Positions 8,521 through 19,105 of a DNA stretch of 64,000 bases are shown one piece after another (the stretch's first letter is position 1; every line of letters begins with the position of its first letter). The stretch is from a virus (taxonomy: Duplodnaviria; Caudoviricetes). Under the pieces are notes generated by a model, which searched no databases, was not told the origin of the DNA, and worked only from the letters and a program-made list of their open reading frames with translations. The stretch spans positions 1-64,000 of the IMG/VR virus record IMGVR_UViG_3300037067_015585; one strand, given 5' to 3'. Made by a program: the position numbers and the translations under genes.

Positions 8521-10587
8521 TTATTTCGTTACACCATTGTATGGCCCCACTAGTGACAACGCTTGCATTTTATTAATATTATTGGTATATAACCAATTTT
8601 CCTGCATTGCCGATATCTTGCCACGTAGTGCCTTTGGTGAGAAATCAAATTGTGCGCTCGGTCCATTATTAAATATTCTTGCATTAAATCCTGCCACCAT
8701 CGCACCAATTATAAATGCACCGTGTGAGATTGACTTATTGGGTGAATATGGTTCGACAAGACTTTTCAAAGCGAGACTCGGCTCACAAAAACTGTTAATT
8801 TTGTGTGTTTTGCGTACATCAGCAAGCAATTTTGCAATGAATTTTATGTCGTCTGCACTATTAATTAACATATCAGTGTCATTTTTTGTGCGTTCGTCAC
8901 CGAAGCCATCAATATTGAGTGTGGGATATTTAGTTAGGACTTCGCAGATTTGATTGAGCAGCTTCTCTCTAGCTTTCTGTTTTTGCTTTTCCGTTGTGAC
9001 TGTCTTAATTGATAGTCTACAACATCCAGTGAACATCTTTGTTAGTGATTTACGTATTTTTTGTGGTTTTCTTACGACTTCGTCGTAAAATTCAGCATTT
9101 AATCCACTAGATTCAGCGGTACTAATCAAGAGTTGCATCCAGCGTTTATATGTCTCGTTCTCCAAGATACTATTAGGTGCTATTATAAAATTCCAAACAA
9201 ACAATACCTGGCCAGAACGACCTGCTGCATCTATTACAAGTATGCATAAATCTTGCCAAAATCTGGTGTTAGAATCAGCCAAACAAATAATTGAATCGTA
9301 TGATATTACTGACGGTTTGTGCCATAATTGTTGTATATGTAGGAATTCTGTATCAGGATAGGCATGAGCACCACTAGGAATAGGCTTATTGAGCACACTA
9401 CGATCAACATTATTATATGAATTAGGTCCGAATTTTATGCCACCGTCGATAAGATGCTTGTGCTCGTGCCATTCTCTACCACCAAGAGTCCAAAATTCAC
9501 GATTAGCGGAAAATCTCGTTAAATCATAATATCGTAGTACTTCCAATAAATAATCTCGATATTTATTTAGACCCTTATAATGGTCTGGTCTATTATTAAT
9601 CCCTAACTCGCGATACCAAAACCAATCGCGAACTCCTTCTGTGAATTCGGCGTCATATTGTGGGCTTTTGCTGTCGGTGAATCTCCTCAAACTCCAATAT
9701 AGTCGATATTCTATTGGATCTTTCGCTGTCACATTTGGCCTATCAACACCAGCTCTAACCATCTCTAATAGCTTATCTTTTATCTTTCTTTGCTTTTCAT
9801 CTTTGGTTTCGAGCCACAATGGCGATATTTTTCTAAGTTTATCTATAAAAACAGCATCATAATGCTCGCTTTTGTGATTTGTAAATTTATGAAGTTCATG
9901 ACTAAGTTTTTTGTTTGTCGACGGAATTGGTTTATCTGCACCACTTTCCGCTAATTGTAAAAGTTGTACCTTATATTCATCTGGCGTTATTCGCTTGGAA
10001 AACCAACTCGGAGCAAGACTACTAATTTCTGCTTTGAAAACAGGATCATAATTGCTTTTAGAATTCTTGCTGCAATATAGACAAAGAGCGCTAGCCAAAA
10101 CAGACTCGTCATGGCTGGCACGTTTTTGTTTCGGCCTTGGTTTACCACTTTTCGCCAATTCTATTAACTTGTGTTTTTTGATTAATACAGAATCTTTAAA
10201 CCACCCAGGAGCAAGTTTACGAATTTTATTGGCAAACTGTTCGTCTCGGCCTGGGCCATTATTTACATAGTTATTGAATGACTGCCCAAGCCTGCGTTCA
10301 ATGATATCATTAGAAGTGCTGCTTGGTCTCGGTGCCCCAGCAGCAGCTAGTGCCAATAATCTCTCACGCCGACTACTGCGTTCATGCCTACTACTCTGTA
10401 AACTCTTCCGCTCTTTCCAGTCTGTAAACCAACCAGGCTGTATGGTACGAATCTCAACATCAAATTCGGCATCATATGAGCTACCTCTATGAGTATAATT
10501 ATGTAACGCCTGTGCAAGTTTTCGCTCATCGCGATTATTACTTTTTCTATTTGGTTTTTTTACTGGTAAATATTCTGATATCATCAT
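8521..10587 (-). CDS. repeat protein: SEYLPV leader + 5 PDWF-type repeats + putative methyltransferase-like domain + wHTH-like domain
   Basis: repeats end in PGWF/PSWF/PLWL/RDWF; EFWTLGG..EW.E / YNNVDR / VISYD domain shared with both helicases; C-terminus paralogous to 4367..4813. Confidence 0.8.
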   Translation of the reverse strand: MMISEYLPVKKPNRKSNNRDERKLAQALHNYTHRGSSYDAEFDVEIRTIQPGWFTDWKERKSLQSSRHERSSRRERLLALAAAGAPRPSSTSNDIIERRLGQSFNNYVNNGPGRDEQFANKIRKLAPGWFKDSVLIKKHKLIELAKSGKPRPKQKRASHDESVLASALCLYCSKNSKSNYDPVFKAEISSLAPSWFSKRITPDEYKVQLLQLAESGADKPIPSTNKKLSHELHKFTNHKSEHYDAVFIDKLRKISPLWLETKDEKQRKIKDKLLEMVRAGVDRPNVTAKDPIEYRLYWSLRRFTDSKSPQYDAEFTEGVRDWFWYRELGINNRPDHYKGLNKYRDYLLEVLRYYDLTRFSANREFWTLGGREWHEHKHLIDGGIKFGPNSYNNVDRSVLNKPIPSGAHAYPDTEFLHIQQLWHKPSVISYDSIICLADSNTRFWQDLCILVIDAAGRSGQVLFVWNFIIAPNSILENETYKRWMQLLISTAESSGLNAEFYDEVVRKPQKIRKSLTKMFTGCCRLSIKTVTTEKQKQKAREKLLNQICEVLTKYPTLNIDGFGDERTKNDTDMLINSADDIKFIAKLLADVRKTHKINSFCEPSLALKSLVEPYSPNKSISHGAFIIGAMVAGFNARIFNNGPSAQFDFSPKALRGKISAMQENWLYTNNINKMQALSLVGPYNGVTK

Positions 10588-10598
10588 ATCTCTCGATA

Positions 10599-11924
10599 TT
10601 AGCTTTGGAACCAGTCTGGGCGAATAACACGAATCTGTTTAGTGAAGTCAGGATCAAAATGTCTGCCGCAAGTGTAATACGCCAACGCATGCCCAAGCTT
10701 TTTCTCAGCCTGATTTACCGATCTTTTGTTTGGTCGATTTGATCCACAAATAGCCATATCAAATAATTTCGCTTTAACAGCAGTACTTGTTGATATGAAC
10801 CATTCTGGCCTGATTGTATGAATTTGTTTATCAAAATCTGGATCATATCTAGCGTGATTCTTGTCGATATAATAGCACAACGCTGAGCCTAGTTTTCCAG
10901 AGCGTCTGGTAGGTCTTTTAGCCCCGCTCTTCGCTAATGTTATCAAATTTGCTTTATTTCTCTCAATTGCGTTCGCAAACCAATCTGGTCGAATAACACG
11001 CAACTGTTTATCAAAATTAAAGTCATAAATCTTGCTACGCTTGTTTGTGCAATAATAAAAAGTGATCAACATCCTCTTCTCTTCCATATCATCTGTTATA
11101 TATCTTGGCTTATCGGCTCCACTCTTAGCCAATTCTAACAATTTCAATTTCCTGATGTCTTTAAGGACCTCGAACCAATCTGGACGCAAGATGTGAATAC
11201 GCCTCGAGAAATCACGATCATACCGCTTACCATTCTGAGTAAGAGCACCAAGCAAATAACTTAACTTCTTTTCTTCTAGATCTTTAGAATATCGATCCGG
11301 TTTCTTGGCACCGCTAGCAGCGAGTTTAAGTAGAACATCCTTACGTAAGGCTACCTTGTCTTCAAACCAATCTGGCCGTATAAGCTGGAGTCGCTTAGTA
11401 AAATCAAGATCATACCCAGTTCCACCTTTTACTGTATAATCGATAAATCTATCGTACAATCTTCTCTCTAGTATATCAGAATGTAATCCTACCCCAGGTC
11501 TCGGTTTTCCAGTCTTCGCAAGCTCTAATATTTTATTTTTGTTTATAGCAGATCGATCAAACCAATCAGGGCGAAGTGCTCGAATTCGTACACAAAAATC
11601 TTGATCACCGGATCGATGCTTGTCGGTATATCCCTTTAATGCTACAGCCAATCTTTTTTCTTCACGGTTCTTAGATGAGCTACTTGGCCTTTTAGCTCCA
11701 CTACCAGCAAGTTCCATCAACTTTTTCTTATTTTCAATAGGTGTTGGTATTATAGTGGTAAACCAACCAGGTTGCAAGACACGAATCTCAGCATTGAATT
11801 CTGAATCATAACTTCCACTAAATTTATAGGTATAGTTCCGAAGCAACCGTGCAAGTTTTCGTTCCTCGCGATTCTTGCTAGTAATGCTTGGCCGCTTTAT
11901 TGGAAGATATTCAGACATTATCAT
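10599..11924 (-). CDS. repeat-only protein: SEYLPI leader + 7 PDWF-type repeats
   Basis: seven units ending in [QR]P[GDE]WF; ATGA-coupled to the upstream helicase. Confidence 0.85.
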   Translation of the reverse strand: MIMSEYLPIKRPSITSKNREERKLARLLRNYTYKFSGSYDSEFNAEIRVLQPGWFTTIIPTPIENKKKLMELAGSGAKRPSSSSKNREEKRLAVALKGYTDKHRSGDQDFCVRIRALRPDWFDRSAINKNKILELAKTGKPRPGVGLHSDILERRLYDRFIDYTVKGGTGYDLDFTKRLQLIRPDWFEDKVALRKDVLLKLAASGAKKPDRYSKDLEEKKLSYLLGALTQNGKRYDRDFSRRIHILRPDWFEVLKDIRKLKLLELAKSGADKPRYITDDMEEKRMLITFYYCTNKRSKIYDFNFDKQLRVIRPDWFANAIERNKANLITLAKSGAKRPTRRSGKLGSALCYYIDKNHARYDPDFDKQIHTIRPEWFISTSTAVKAKLFDMAICGSNRPNKRSVNQAEKKLGHALAYYTCGRHFDPDFTKQIRVIRPDWFQS

Positions 11925-14900
11925 CCAACTTTCAGTACCGAGTCGATTCTAGTTAGTTTGCAACATCCAGCAAGCATTGGTGTCTTTGATGTTGGTCGCT
12001 TAGTAATCTGCCCTTCTCCATAGAAATCAGCCTCCAATCCTTCTGATTCAGCAAATCCGTCTAGTAACTGTAGCCATTGATGATAAACACCCCTTTTGAT
12101 CGGATCATATCTAGTGTGTATTGTGTAGCCTTCCATAAAATTCCAAAAAAACAAGACACATCCAGACTTCTTGGCAGCGGTAATAGCAAGATAACACAAT
12201 TCCTGCCAATATCCAGTGCGAGATTTAACCATACCGATTGTCGCGTCATAGCTAATAACGCGTGGGTTTTTCCATTTACTCCATAAATCTTGGATAGATA
12301 AGAACTCGCGGTTCGGATGAGCACAAACTCCTTCTGGTGCCTTGTCGATTACACCTCTGTCAACATTATGATAAGCATCACGCCCAAATTTAATGCCAGC
12401 ATTAACAAGATGCTTAAGTTCATACCATTCACAACCACCAAGAGTCCAGAATTCATTATCGTAGAATTCGGTGAAGCCATAATAATTCAGAGCTTTAACT
12501 AAGAACTCGCGATATTCATTTTTACCGGCATACTTGCCACGCTGTGGCTTCTTACTGCGTGTAAACCAATCTGGACGAAGAAATCGGATCTGCCTATCAA
12601 AAGCCGAATCGTACAATCCACTGGGGCGATTAATATATTGGCTAAGAGCACTCCCAAGGCTTTTTTCCTCTAGATTTTTCGAACTCTGTTTTGGTTTTTT
12701 GGCTCCGCTCTTTGCCAATTCTAGTAATTTGGCTTTTTTTATGTCTGCTGTATTTTCGAACCAATCTGGACGAAACTCTCGGATTTGTTTGTCAAAAACG
12801 TGATCGTAACTTCCAATTTTTCCAATTTTTTGTATAGTATAATTGGTTAATGCAACTCCCAATTTTCTTTCTTCCAAATCTTTTGCGTGCTGGTTTGGGC
12901 GTTTTTCACCAGCTTCTGCTAACAACATTAACATATTCTTTTTTAGTATTGTTGTATCTTCAAACCAGTCTGGTCGAATGGAACGTATTTTGGTATCAAA
13001 AACAGGATCGTAAGTATCACTACTTTTGGTAGTGTAATCCGTTAGTGTGACTCCCAATTTCCTCTCTTCCAGATCTTTTGCGTGCTGGTTTGGGCGTTTG
13101 ATTCCGATCATGTTTGCTAATTCTATTAATTTCGTTTTATTTGTATTAGTGGTATCTTCAAACCAGTCTGGTCGAATGGAACGTATTTTGGTATCAAAAA
13201 CAGGATCGTAAGTACCATCAACTGTAGTATAATTGGTTAATGCAACTCCCAATTTTCTTTCTTCCAAATCTTTTGCGTGCTGGTTTGGGCGTTTTTCACC
13301 AGCTTCTGCTAACAACATTAACATATTCTTTTTTAGTTTCGAAGTTTTCTCGAACCATCTCGGACTAATAGAACGAATCTTGGTATCAAAATCAGAATCA
13401 TGTGAACAACTATTTTTGTTAGTATAATTGCACAACGCTCTACCGAGACGTTCTTCGGTGCGATCTCTACTACTGTTATTCGGCCTTTTTCCTCCACTTT
13501 TCGCCAATGCAATAAGTTTTCTTTTGTTTTCTCTTGCTGAATTTGCGTTGAATTTAAATAATAACTTCTCGACTTCATCGAAATTACTCATTCCGTTGAT
13601 GATCCCAAAAATATCTGTGATACCAATCACTTTCAGTTTTTTGATTTCCTCTTTGATCTCCGGATCATTCATAAACTCACTGAAAGACATCTTACTAAGT
13701 CGCCGATCGCGTTTACGAATAATATCTTCAAGCGCCTTACGATCATTCTTGGGGATGACTTCATTCTGCATCAATATGCTGATAGCTAAAATGGGGCTTA
13801 CCTCGATACCGCGTTTGGCATGAAGATCGTGGAATAATTTTATCAACTCATCAGCAGATGCACCAGAGGCTGATTCTCGCAAGACTCGTTGAAGAACATC
13901 ATTGTTCTCCAACATATTCACCTTTAATCTGAATTGTTCTCTTTCTTTGTCAACTACTGCACGATATCGCTGCGGTACCGTTAACATAAATGTGTCGGTA
14001 AAATCTAGACCACTACAGATAGCCTTAATTCTTATAGCAACCTGTAAATTGGCATTTTTGACCACATCCTGATCTTCGTCATCAAGACTAACCTCAAAGA
14101 TGACGACCCTAGATAGATTGGGCGACGGATGGTTTGGGCAATTTCTCTTTGATCGTAAAGCACGTCCCATACATCGCTGTACAAATCGCTGTAGAGAACC
14201 AGTTAATCGTGGGTTGAAGGTTTGGGCACATTCGACCCAATCCATACCCTCATCAAAAAGTTTGATGGCTATGATAATATCATAGCCTCTTGAAGAATTT
14301 GCCAGATCAGCGAGCCTATCGGAATGTACTTTCTTCCTGTTTGAAATAAGTATATCGCCGTCGTCTGATCCAAAATTGAGCACTCTAGCATCCTTGCATT
14401 TGTTTTGTAGAATTAGCTTAAGTGCAAATGCCTGCTTGGCACTATCGACATACATGATTGTCGGAAGCGGTTTCTTTTTATATTCATCGACGTATGCTTT
14501 TAATAATTCTGGGTAATTCATTGCGTCCAGGAGTTCTGGCTTATCAGATATATCATCGGTCTTCGACAATTGATCAAAATCTACCCTATTAACGGCATGA
14601 TAAAATCGCAGAAATACGCCGAAATCAGGGCAGCATCCCTCGTGGTGATGATCTTTCAACAGTCGTCTAAATCTAACAAACTCCTCTGACGTCGGCTGCC
14701 CTCCGTCACTACGGAAGTCTGTCGCCGTGAAAGCATGAACCTCAGAGCACCTGCTAACGCAATCTTTAAGAATAGAACCAAGAGAGTTTTCGTCCTTCAT
14801 ATCACTGTGATGGACTTCATCAACAAGCAAGACTACATTAGATAAGTCGATTGTTTTGTCTTTAAGAGCCAGTTTAAATGCTCGATAACTTGAGATGCGA

Positions 14901-15349
14901 ATAATTGCACTATTATATCTCAAAAAATCCTTCATCTCTTTCGATTTATGAGCATCACTTTCATAAATCGAACCCTTCTTTATTGTATATCTTGCTATTT
15001 CTTTGGCGTCTTTGTCTATTCCATCTTTCTCGATAGCACACCAGTCGCAGTCCTTGACATATTTTGTGAAATTATAATTAATACCAAGCTGCGGCGTTAT
15101 GATGACAACTTTCTTGTATTGTTTGACAGACGCAGCATAACATAGCATTATGGCCGTCTTACCACTGCCTGTCGGCGATTCGGTTATCGTGTAACGATTG
15201 CTCTTGATGTGATCGAGCATTCGTCTCTGATATTCCAGAAGTTCTATTGTAGATTTATTAACCTCCTTATCAACAATGACAGGCACAATAGACTTGATTT
15301 TGATGCCACCGGCAAGTATGCTCTCTCGGACAGTGATAGTTTTATTCAT
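11921..15349 (-). CDS. SF2 (type III Res/SSL2-like) helicase + 5 PDWF-type repeats + putative methyltransferase-like C-terminal domain
   Basis: ESPTGSGKT, LLVDEVHH, FTATDFR, LFDEGMD, QRCMGRALR motifs, followed by repeats and the EFWTLGG domain. Confidence 0.85.
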   Translation of the reverse strand: MNKTITVRESILAGGIKIKSIVPVIVDKEVNKSTIELLEYQRRMLDHIKSNRYTITESPTGSGKTAIMLCYAASVKQYKKVVIITPQLGINYNFTKYVKDCDWCAIEKDGIDKDAKEIARYTIKKGSIYESDAHKSKEMKDFLRYNSAIIRISSYRAFKLALKDKTIDLSNVVLLVDEVHHSDMKDENSLGSILKDCVSRCSEVHAFTATDFRSDGGQPTSEEFVRFRRLLKDHHHEGCCPDFGVFLRFYHAVNRVDFDQLSKTDDISDKPELLDAMNYPELLKAYVDEYKKKPLPTIMYVDSAKQAFALKLILQNKCKDARVLNFGSDDGDILISNRKKVHSDRLADLANSSRGYDIIIAIKLFDEGMDWVECAQTFNPRLTGSLQRFVQRCMGRALRSKRNCPNHPSPNLSRVVIFEVSLDDEDQDVVKNANLQVAIRIKAICSGLDFTDTFMLTVPQRYRAVVDKEREQFRLKVNMLENNDVLQRVLRESASGASADELIKLFHDLHAKRGIEVSPILAISILMQNEVIPKNDRKALEDIIRKRDRRLSKMSFSEFMNDPEIKEEIKKLKVIGITDIFGIINGMSNFDEVEKLLFKFNANSARENKRKLIALAKSGGKRPNNSSRDRTEERLGRALCNYTNKNSCSHDSDFDTKIRSISPRWFEKTSKLKKNMLMLLAEAGEKRPNQHAKDLEERKLGVALTNYTTVDGTYDPVFDTKIRSIRPDWFEDTTNTNKTKLIELANMIGIKRPNQHAKDLEERKLGVTLTDYTTKSSDTYDPVFDTKIRSIRPDWFEDTTILKKNMLMLLAEAGEKRPNQHAKDLEERKLGVALTNYTIQKIGKIGSYDHVFDKQIREFRPDWFENTADIKKAKLLELAKSGAKKPKQSSKNLEEKSLGSALSQYINRPSGLYDSAFDRQIRFLRPDWFTRSKKPQRGKYAGKNEYREFLVKALNYYGFTEFYDNEFWTLGGCEWYELKHLVNAGIKFGRDAYHNVDRGVIDKAPEGVCAHPNREFLSIQDLWSKWKNPRVISYDATIGMVKSRTGYWQELCYLAITAAKKSGCVLFFWNFMEGYTIHTRYDPIKRGVYHQWLQLLDGFAESEGLEADFYGEGQITKRPTSKTPMLAGCCKLTRIDSVLKVG
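12835..13337. repeat. exact intragenic DNA duplications: 113 bp (12835-12947 = 13225-13337) and 63 bp (12954-13016 = 13152-13214)
   Basis: nucleotide-identical segments read directly; offsets 390 and 198 are in frame. Confidence 0.9.
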
Positions 15350-15354
15350 GATTG

Positions 15355-15422
15355 GTTATAACGTGAAACTGTGTTGATGTTAATTTGCAGCTGGTCATAG
15401 CACGAAATGATATAAATGTTAA
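15355..15422 (-). promoter_or_regulatory. tandem promoters TTAACA-N17-TATGAC (15394-15422) and TTAACA-N17-TATAAC (15355-15383)
   Basis: duplicated ATGTTAATTTGC 12-mer; CGTGC before the distal -10; proximal -10 lies 5 nt from the ATG. Confidence 0.55.
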
Positions 15423-16816
15423 TTTGCGAAAGGGCCTTTTTTGCGTATAGGGAACCAGTCTGGTCTGAGCTCTGAAATTTTCTTATCGAATGCCGCATCA
15501 TATTGCTTGCAGTAGCCACTGGTATATGAATATAATAACGCGCTAAGTTTACGTAATTCAGGACATTTTTGCGATCTCGAAGGCTTATCTTTGCCGCTCC
15601 TAGCCATATTCAACAGTTTATCTTTATTGATCGATGAACTAGCTATAGACCGCTTACCTTTTTGAATATTAATTGTGTTCTTAAACCAATTTGAATTTAT
15701 AGAGAGAATCTGCTCATAAAACTTTTGATTAGTTAAATTCTTTCTTCCAAATGGAGATGTATAACTAATCAATGCTTGGCCAAGTTTACTTTCTTCTTGG
15801 TTCGCCGAAAATGAGTTTGGGCGTTTTGCACCATTTCTTGCCAATTCCAGTAATCTAAATCTTTTATTATCGGCATCTTTCATAAACCATTCTGGTCTAA
15901 TTGAACGAATCTTGTCAGCTACGGAGCCACCACAAGATAAACGATTAGATAATGCTCTACCAAGCCGTCTCTCTTCTGCGTTTTTAGACCTCCTGTTTGG
16001 TCTTCTACCACCATTTTCAGCCCAGTTTAATAACGCTTCATCAATAAGTTTGGCTGTATTCCATTCTGGTCGAATCGCAAAGATCTTCTTAGTAAACGCA
16101 TCATCATATTGTTTGTTTGGATTAGTATATCTATTTAATGCTTGGCCTAAACGTGCAACCTCACGATTAGTAGAACATGAGTTTGGTCTGGTCGCTCCGG
16201 CTTTTGCTAATTCAAGGAGTTTTTCTTTCTTTAATACTGATCGCTTTTCTATCCAATCTGGACGCAAAGCGATCAGTTGTTGTTTGAAAATCGCATCATA
16301 CTGTTGCCGTTTTTCGGCAAAATAACACACCAATGCACTTCCTAGTCGTCTTTCCTCGGGATCTCGCGATTTTCCGCTCGGCCTTTTCTTGCCAGTAGCA
16401 GCCCATTCTAATATTTGGGCTTTGTTAGCTGCCGCCGTGTCTTTGAACCACTGTGGCGCAGCTGATTTAATCGCATCGCAAAAAGCAGAATCGTATTTGT
16501 GTCCATTGCGTTTTCTTAGATAATCATTAAGTATTCCAGCTAATCTCTTTTCCTCAACATTTACTGAACTGATACTTGGCCTATTATTACCACTTCTTGC
16601 CAGTTCCAACAATTTACGCTTATTTTCTCTAACTGCACTTGCGTTTTTATTGAACCAATCTGGCTGTAGAAGACGAATTTCGCCGTCGAATGCAGCGTCA
16701 TACCATTTACTATTCTTGCTAGTCAGAATATATAATGCACGTGCAAGTCTTCGCTCATCGCGACTTTTGCTGCTGAGGCTTGGTCGTTGCACTGGTAGGT
16801 ACTCAGATTCAATCAT
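15419..16816 (-). CDS. repeat-only protein: SEYLPV leader + 7 PDWF-type repeats
   Basis: repeat consensus; TAATG coupling to the upstream gene. Confidence 0.85.
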   Translation of the reverse strand: MIESEYLPVQRPSLSSKSRDERRLARALYILTSKNSKWYDAAFDGEIRLLQPDWFNKNASAVRENKRKLLELARSGNNRPSISSVNVEEKRLAGILNDYLRKRNGHKYDSAFCDAIKSAAPQWFKDTAAANKAQILEWAATGKKRPSGKSRDPEERRLGSALVCYFAEKRQQYDAIFKQQLIALRPDWIEKRSVLKKEKLLELAKAGATRPNSCSTNREVARLGQALNRYTNPNKQYDDAFTKKIFAIRPEWNTAKLIDEALLNWAENGGRRPNRRSKNAEERRLGRALSNRLSCGGSVADKIRSIRPEWFMKDADNKRFRLLELARNGAKRPNSFSANQEESKLGQALISYTSPFGRKNLTNQKFYEQILSINSNWFKNTINIQKGKRSIASSSINKDKLLNMARSGKDKPSRSQKCPELRKLSALLYSYTSGYCKQYDAAFDKKISELRPDWFPIRKKGPFAN

Positions 16817-18129
16817 TATTTATGCTTAAACCAGTCTGGACGAATACTACGAAGTTTCGCATCAAATTCAGGATCATATCGGCGATCGCTCTTTTTTGCG
16901 TAGCTATGGATTGCGTTATATAGAGCATGTGACTTATTTGGTTTCACTTCTCCGTTTTTGGCCATTTCAAGCAATTTTTGTTTTTTAGCAGCCACTTTAC
17001 CAAACCAATCTGGTCGTAGTGCATAGATCTCTTTATAAAATTCTGGATCATAACAAGACAAATTGACTTTTTTGTTAGTATATGTTATAAAAGCTCCACC
17101 AAGTTTGTTAGTTGGTCTTTTAGATCCACTTTTCGCTAATTCTAGTAATTTTTGCTTATTTTTACACACTCTATCGTGTGCTCTACCAAACCAGTCGGGT
17201 CGAAGCCTACGTATTTCTACTGCGAATTCGTGATTCCTGCTTACATATGCTTTCAGAGCTTCACCCAAACGCCGTATGTGAAGGTTTTTAGATCCGGCAT
17301 TTGGCCTGTCATCACCATCCCTAGCCATTTTCAATAGTTCTTGTCTTTTGGCTTCCGCCACAGTCAATGTATCAAACCAATCAGGTCGTATTTTACGAAT
17401 CTCAATATCAAATTTCAGATCATAGCTTAAGCATTGCTTGTATGTATATCTGGATAATTCTGCTGCATAACGTTTTTCAGAAGCTTCCCAAATTCTCGGC
17501 TTTCTCTTTCCACTACGAGCCATTTCAAGCAATTTTTGTTTTTTTGGTATTGTTGGATCTTCATATACATACCAATCTGGGCGAAGTTCCCGAATTTTTC
17601 TGGTGAATTCGGGATGGTGTTTCTCGTAATTACGTAATGCCGCACCGAGACGTTTTATGTCTACATCTTTCGATTTTTTAGGATCTTCGCCGCCACTTCT
17701 AGCTATCTTCATTATCATTCGCATATTCTCTTGTACATTTCTTATTGTACGACAAGAACGCCAACGCGGCTGCAAAGCAAAAATCTCCGCAGCGAATTCT
17801 GCGTCGTAGTTTTTATTAGGTGCAGTATGTCTATATAATATGCCTGCAAGGCACCTTTCATCTACGTTCTTTGATGATATACTCGGCCTTTTTTCTCCAT
17901 TCTTGGCCATCTCAAGCAATTTTCGCTTGCTTTCGTTTATGTCGATCTTAGAATTAGTGTTAGGCTTCCATTGTGGTTGAATAGCAAAGATTTCAGTAGC
18001 AAAGCTTTCATCATAACTTCCACTTCCAGGTGTAGTATATCTGCGCAATGCTTCTGCGGAATGACGCTCACAACAATTCTTACTATCACGGCTTGGCTTT
18101 TTTACTGGTAAATATTCAGTCTTAATCAT
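16816..18129 (-). CDS. repeat-only protein: TEYLPV leader + 7 PDWF-type repeats
   Basis: repeat consensus; ATGA coupling to the upstream gene. Confidence 0.85.
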   Translation of the reverse strand: MIKTEYLPVKKPSRDSKNCCERHSAEALRRYTTPGSGSYDESFATEIFAIQPQWKPNTNSKIDINESKRKLLEMAKNGEKRPSISSKNVDERCLAGILYRHTAPNKNYDAEFAAEIFALQPRWRSCRTIRNVQENMRMIMKIARSGGEDPKKSKDVDIKRLGAALRNYEKHHPEFTRKIRELRPDWYVYEDPTIPKKQKLLEMARSGKRKPRIWEASEKRYAAELSRYTYKQCLSYDLKFDIEIRKIRPDWFDTLTVAEAKRQELLKMARDGDDRPNAGSKNLHIRRLGEALKAYVSRNHEFAVEIRRLRPDWFGRAHDRVCKNKQKLLELAKSGSKRPTNKLGGAFITYTNKKVNLSCYDPEFYKEIYALRPDWFGKVAAKKQKLLEMAKNGEVKPNKSHALYNAIHSYAKKSDRRYDPEFDAKLRSIRPDWFKHK

Positions 18130-18602
18130 TTGTTAAACCAGTCTGGTCTTAGGGCACGAATCTTAGCATCAAACTTATCATCGTATGTCTTTCGACTTTT
18201 GTTTGTGTAATTGATCAATGCACGACCAAGATGATGCTTCGCGCTATTTGGCCGCGAAGAACCAGTTAAAGCCATTGCGAGCAGCTTTTGTTTTTTAACT
18301 GCTGCCATATCATCAAACCAATCCGGCCTTAATTTGCGGATTTCTGCGTCAAATTCAGAATCATAGCTGCCAGCATTTGAATAACGTTTTAATGCCGTCC
18401 CAAGAGTCTCGTTTTTACCAGGCCGCTTTTCTCCATTTGCGGCCATACACAATAAACGACATTTATTTTCAACAGCAGATTTACCAATACCTGTTTCGAT
18501 CATTTCGACCGACACACCACTAGTACGGAGTTGTTCAATCAAATTCTTTTGATAATCTGTTAACATATTACATTCTTCTATTTTGATTATTTCTTGAACC
18601 AA
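18126..18602 (-). CDS. short protein with 2 PDWF-type repeats (start probably MLTDYQ at 18566)
   Basis: two repeat units; N-terminus MLTDYQ...IETGIGKS resembles a truncated helicase Q-motif/Walker A. Confidence 0.75.
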   Translation of the reverse strand: MVQEIIKIEECNMLTDYQKNLIEQLRTSGVSVEMIETGIGKSAVENKCRLLCMAANGEKRPGKNETLGTALKRYSNAGSYDSEFDAEIRKLRPDWFDDMAAVKKQKLLAMALTGSSRPNSAKHHLGRALINYTNKSRKTYDDKFDAKIRALRPDWFNK

Positions 18603-19084
18603 TCAGATCGCATGGTGCGTACTTTCTTATCGAAATTCGCATCGTAATCCTTACACCTTTTGTCAGTAAATCTGATCAATGCACGTCCAAGATATTGTTC
18701 CTTGACGGCAGCATCATAAACTTCTTCGGCTAATTTGCGTTCCTTGGCCGAAGAAGTTTGAAGTGGATTCTTTTTATAATAGTTCCATTTCCTGCTGTTT
18801 GGTCGTGCAGATCCATCAGCCGCCATCTTCATCAATTCTTTTTTAATCACCGAAGCAGTCTTTGGTTTGGAACCGCCAAACCAATCTGGCCTCAAAAAAC
18901 GAATTTCCCTGTTAAAATTGACGTCGTATGGGCTGTTGCATCGGCAGTATCGTAGTAACGCCAGTTTAAACTCGTTCTTCTTTCTTGGCCTATCGGCCCC
19001 ATCTTTTGCAAGTTCGAGAAGCTTCTGCTTGTTCTGCTTTATAACGTTCTGGTCGTGCGGTTCTGGCTTCTTTTTCTTTGACAT
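18587..19084 (-). CDS. short protein with 2 PDWF-type repeats
   Basis: two repeat units; AAAGGGA RBS; first gene after the consensus promoter. Confidence 0.8.
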   Translation of the reverse strand: MSKKKKPEPHDQNVIKQNKQKLLELAKDGADRPRKKNEFKLALLRYCRCNSPYDVNFNREIRFLRPDWFGGSKPKTASVIKKELMKMAADGSARPNSRKWNYYKKNPLQTSSAKERKLAEEVYDAAVKEQYLGRALIRFTDKRCKDYDANFDKKVRTMRSDWFKK

Positions 19085-19105
19085 TTCATATCCCTTTATA
19101 AGTTA

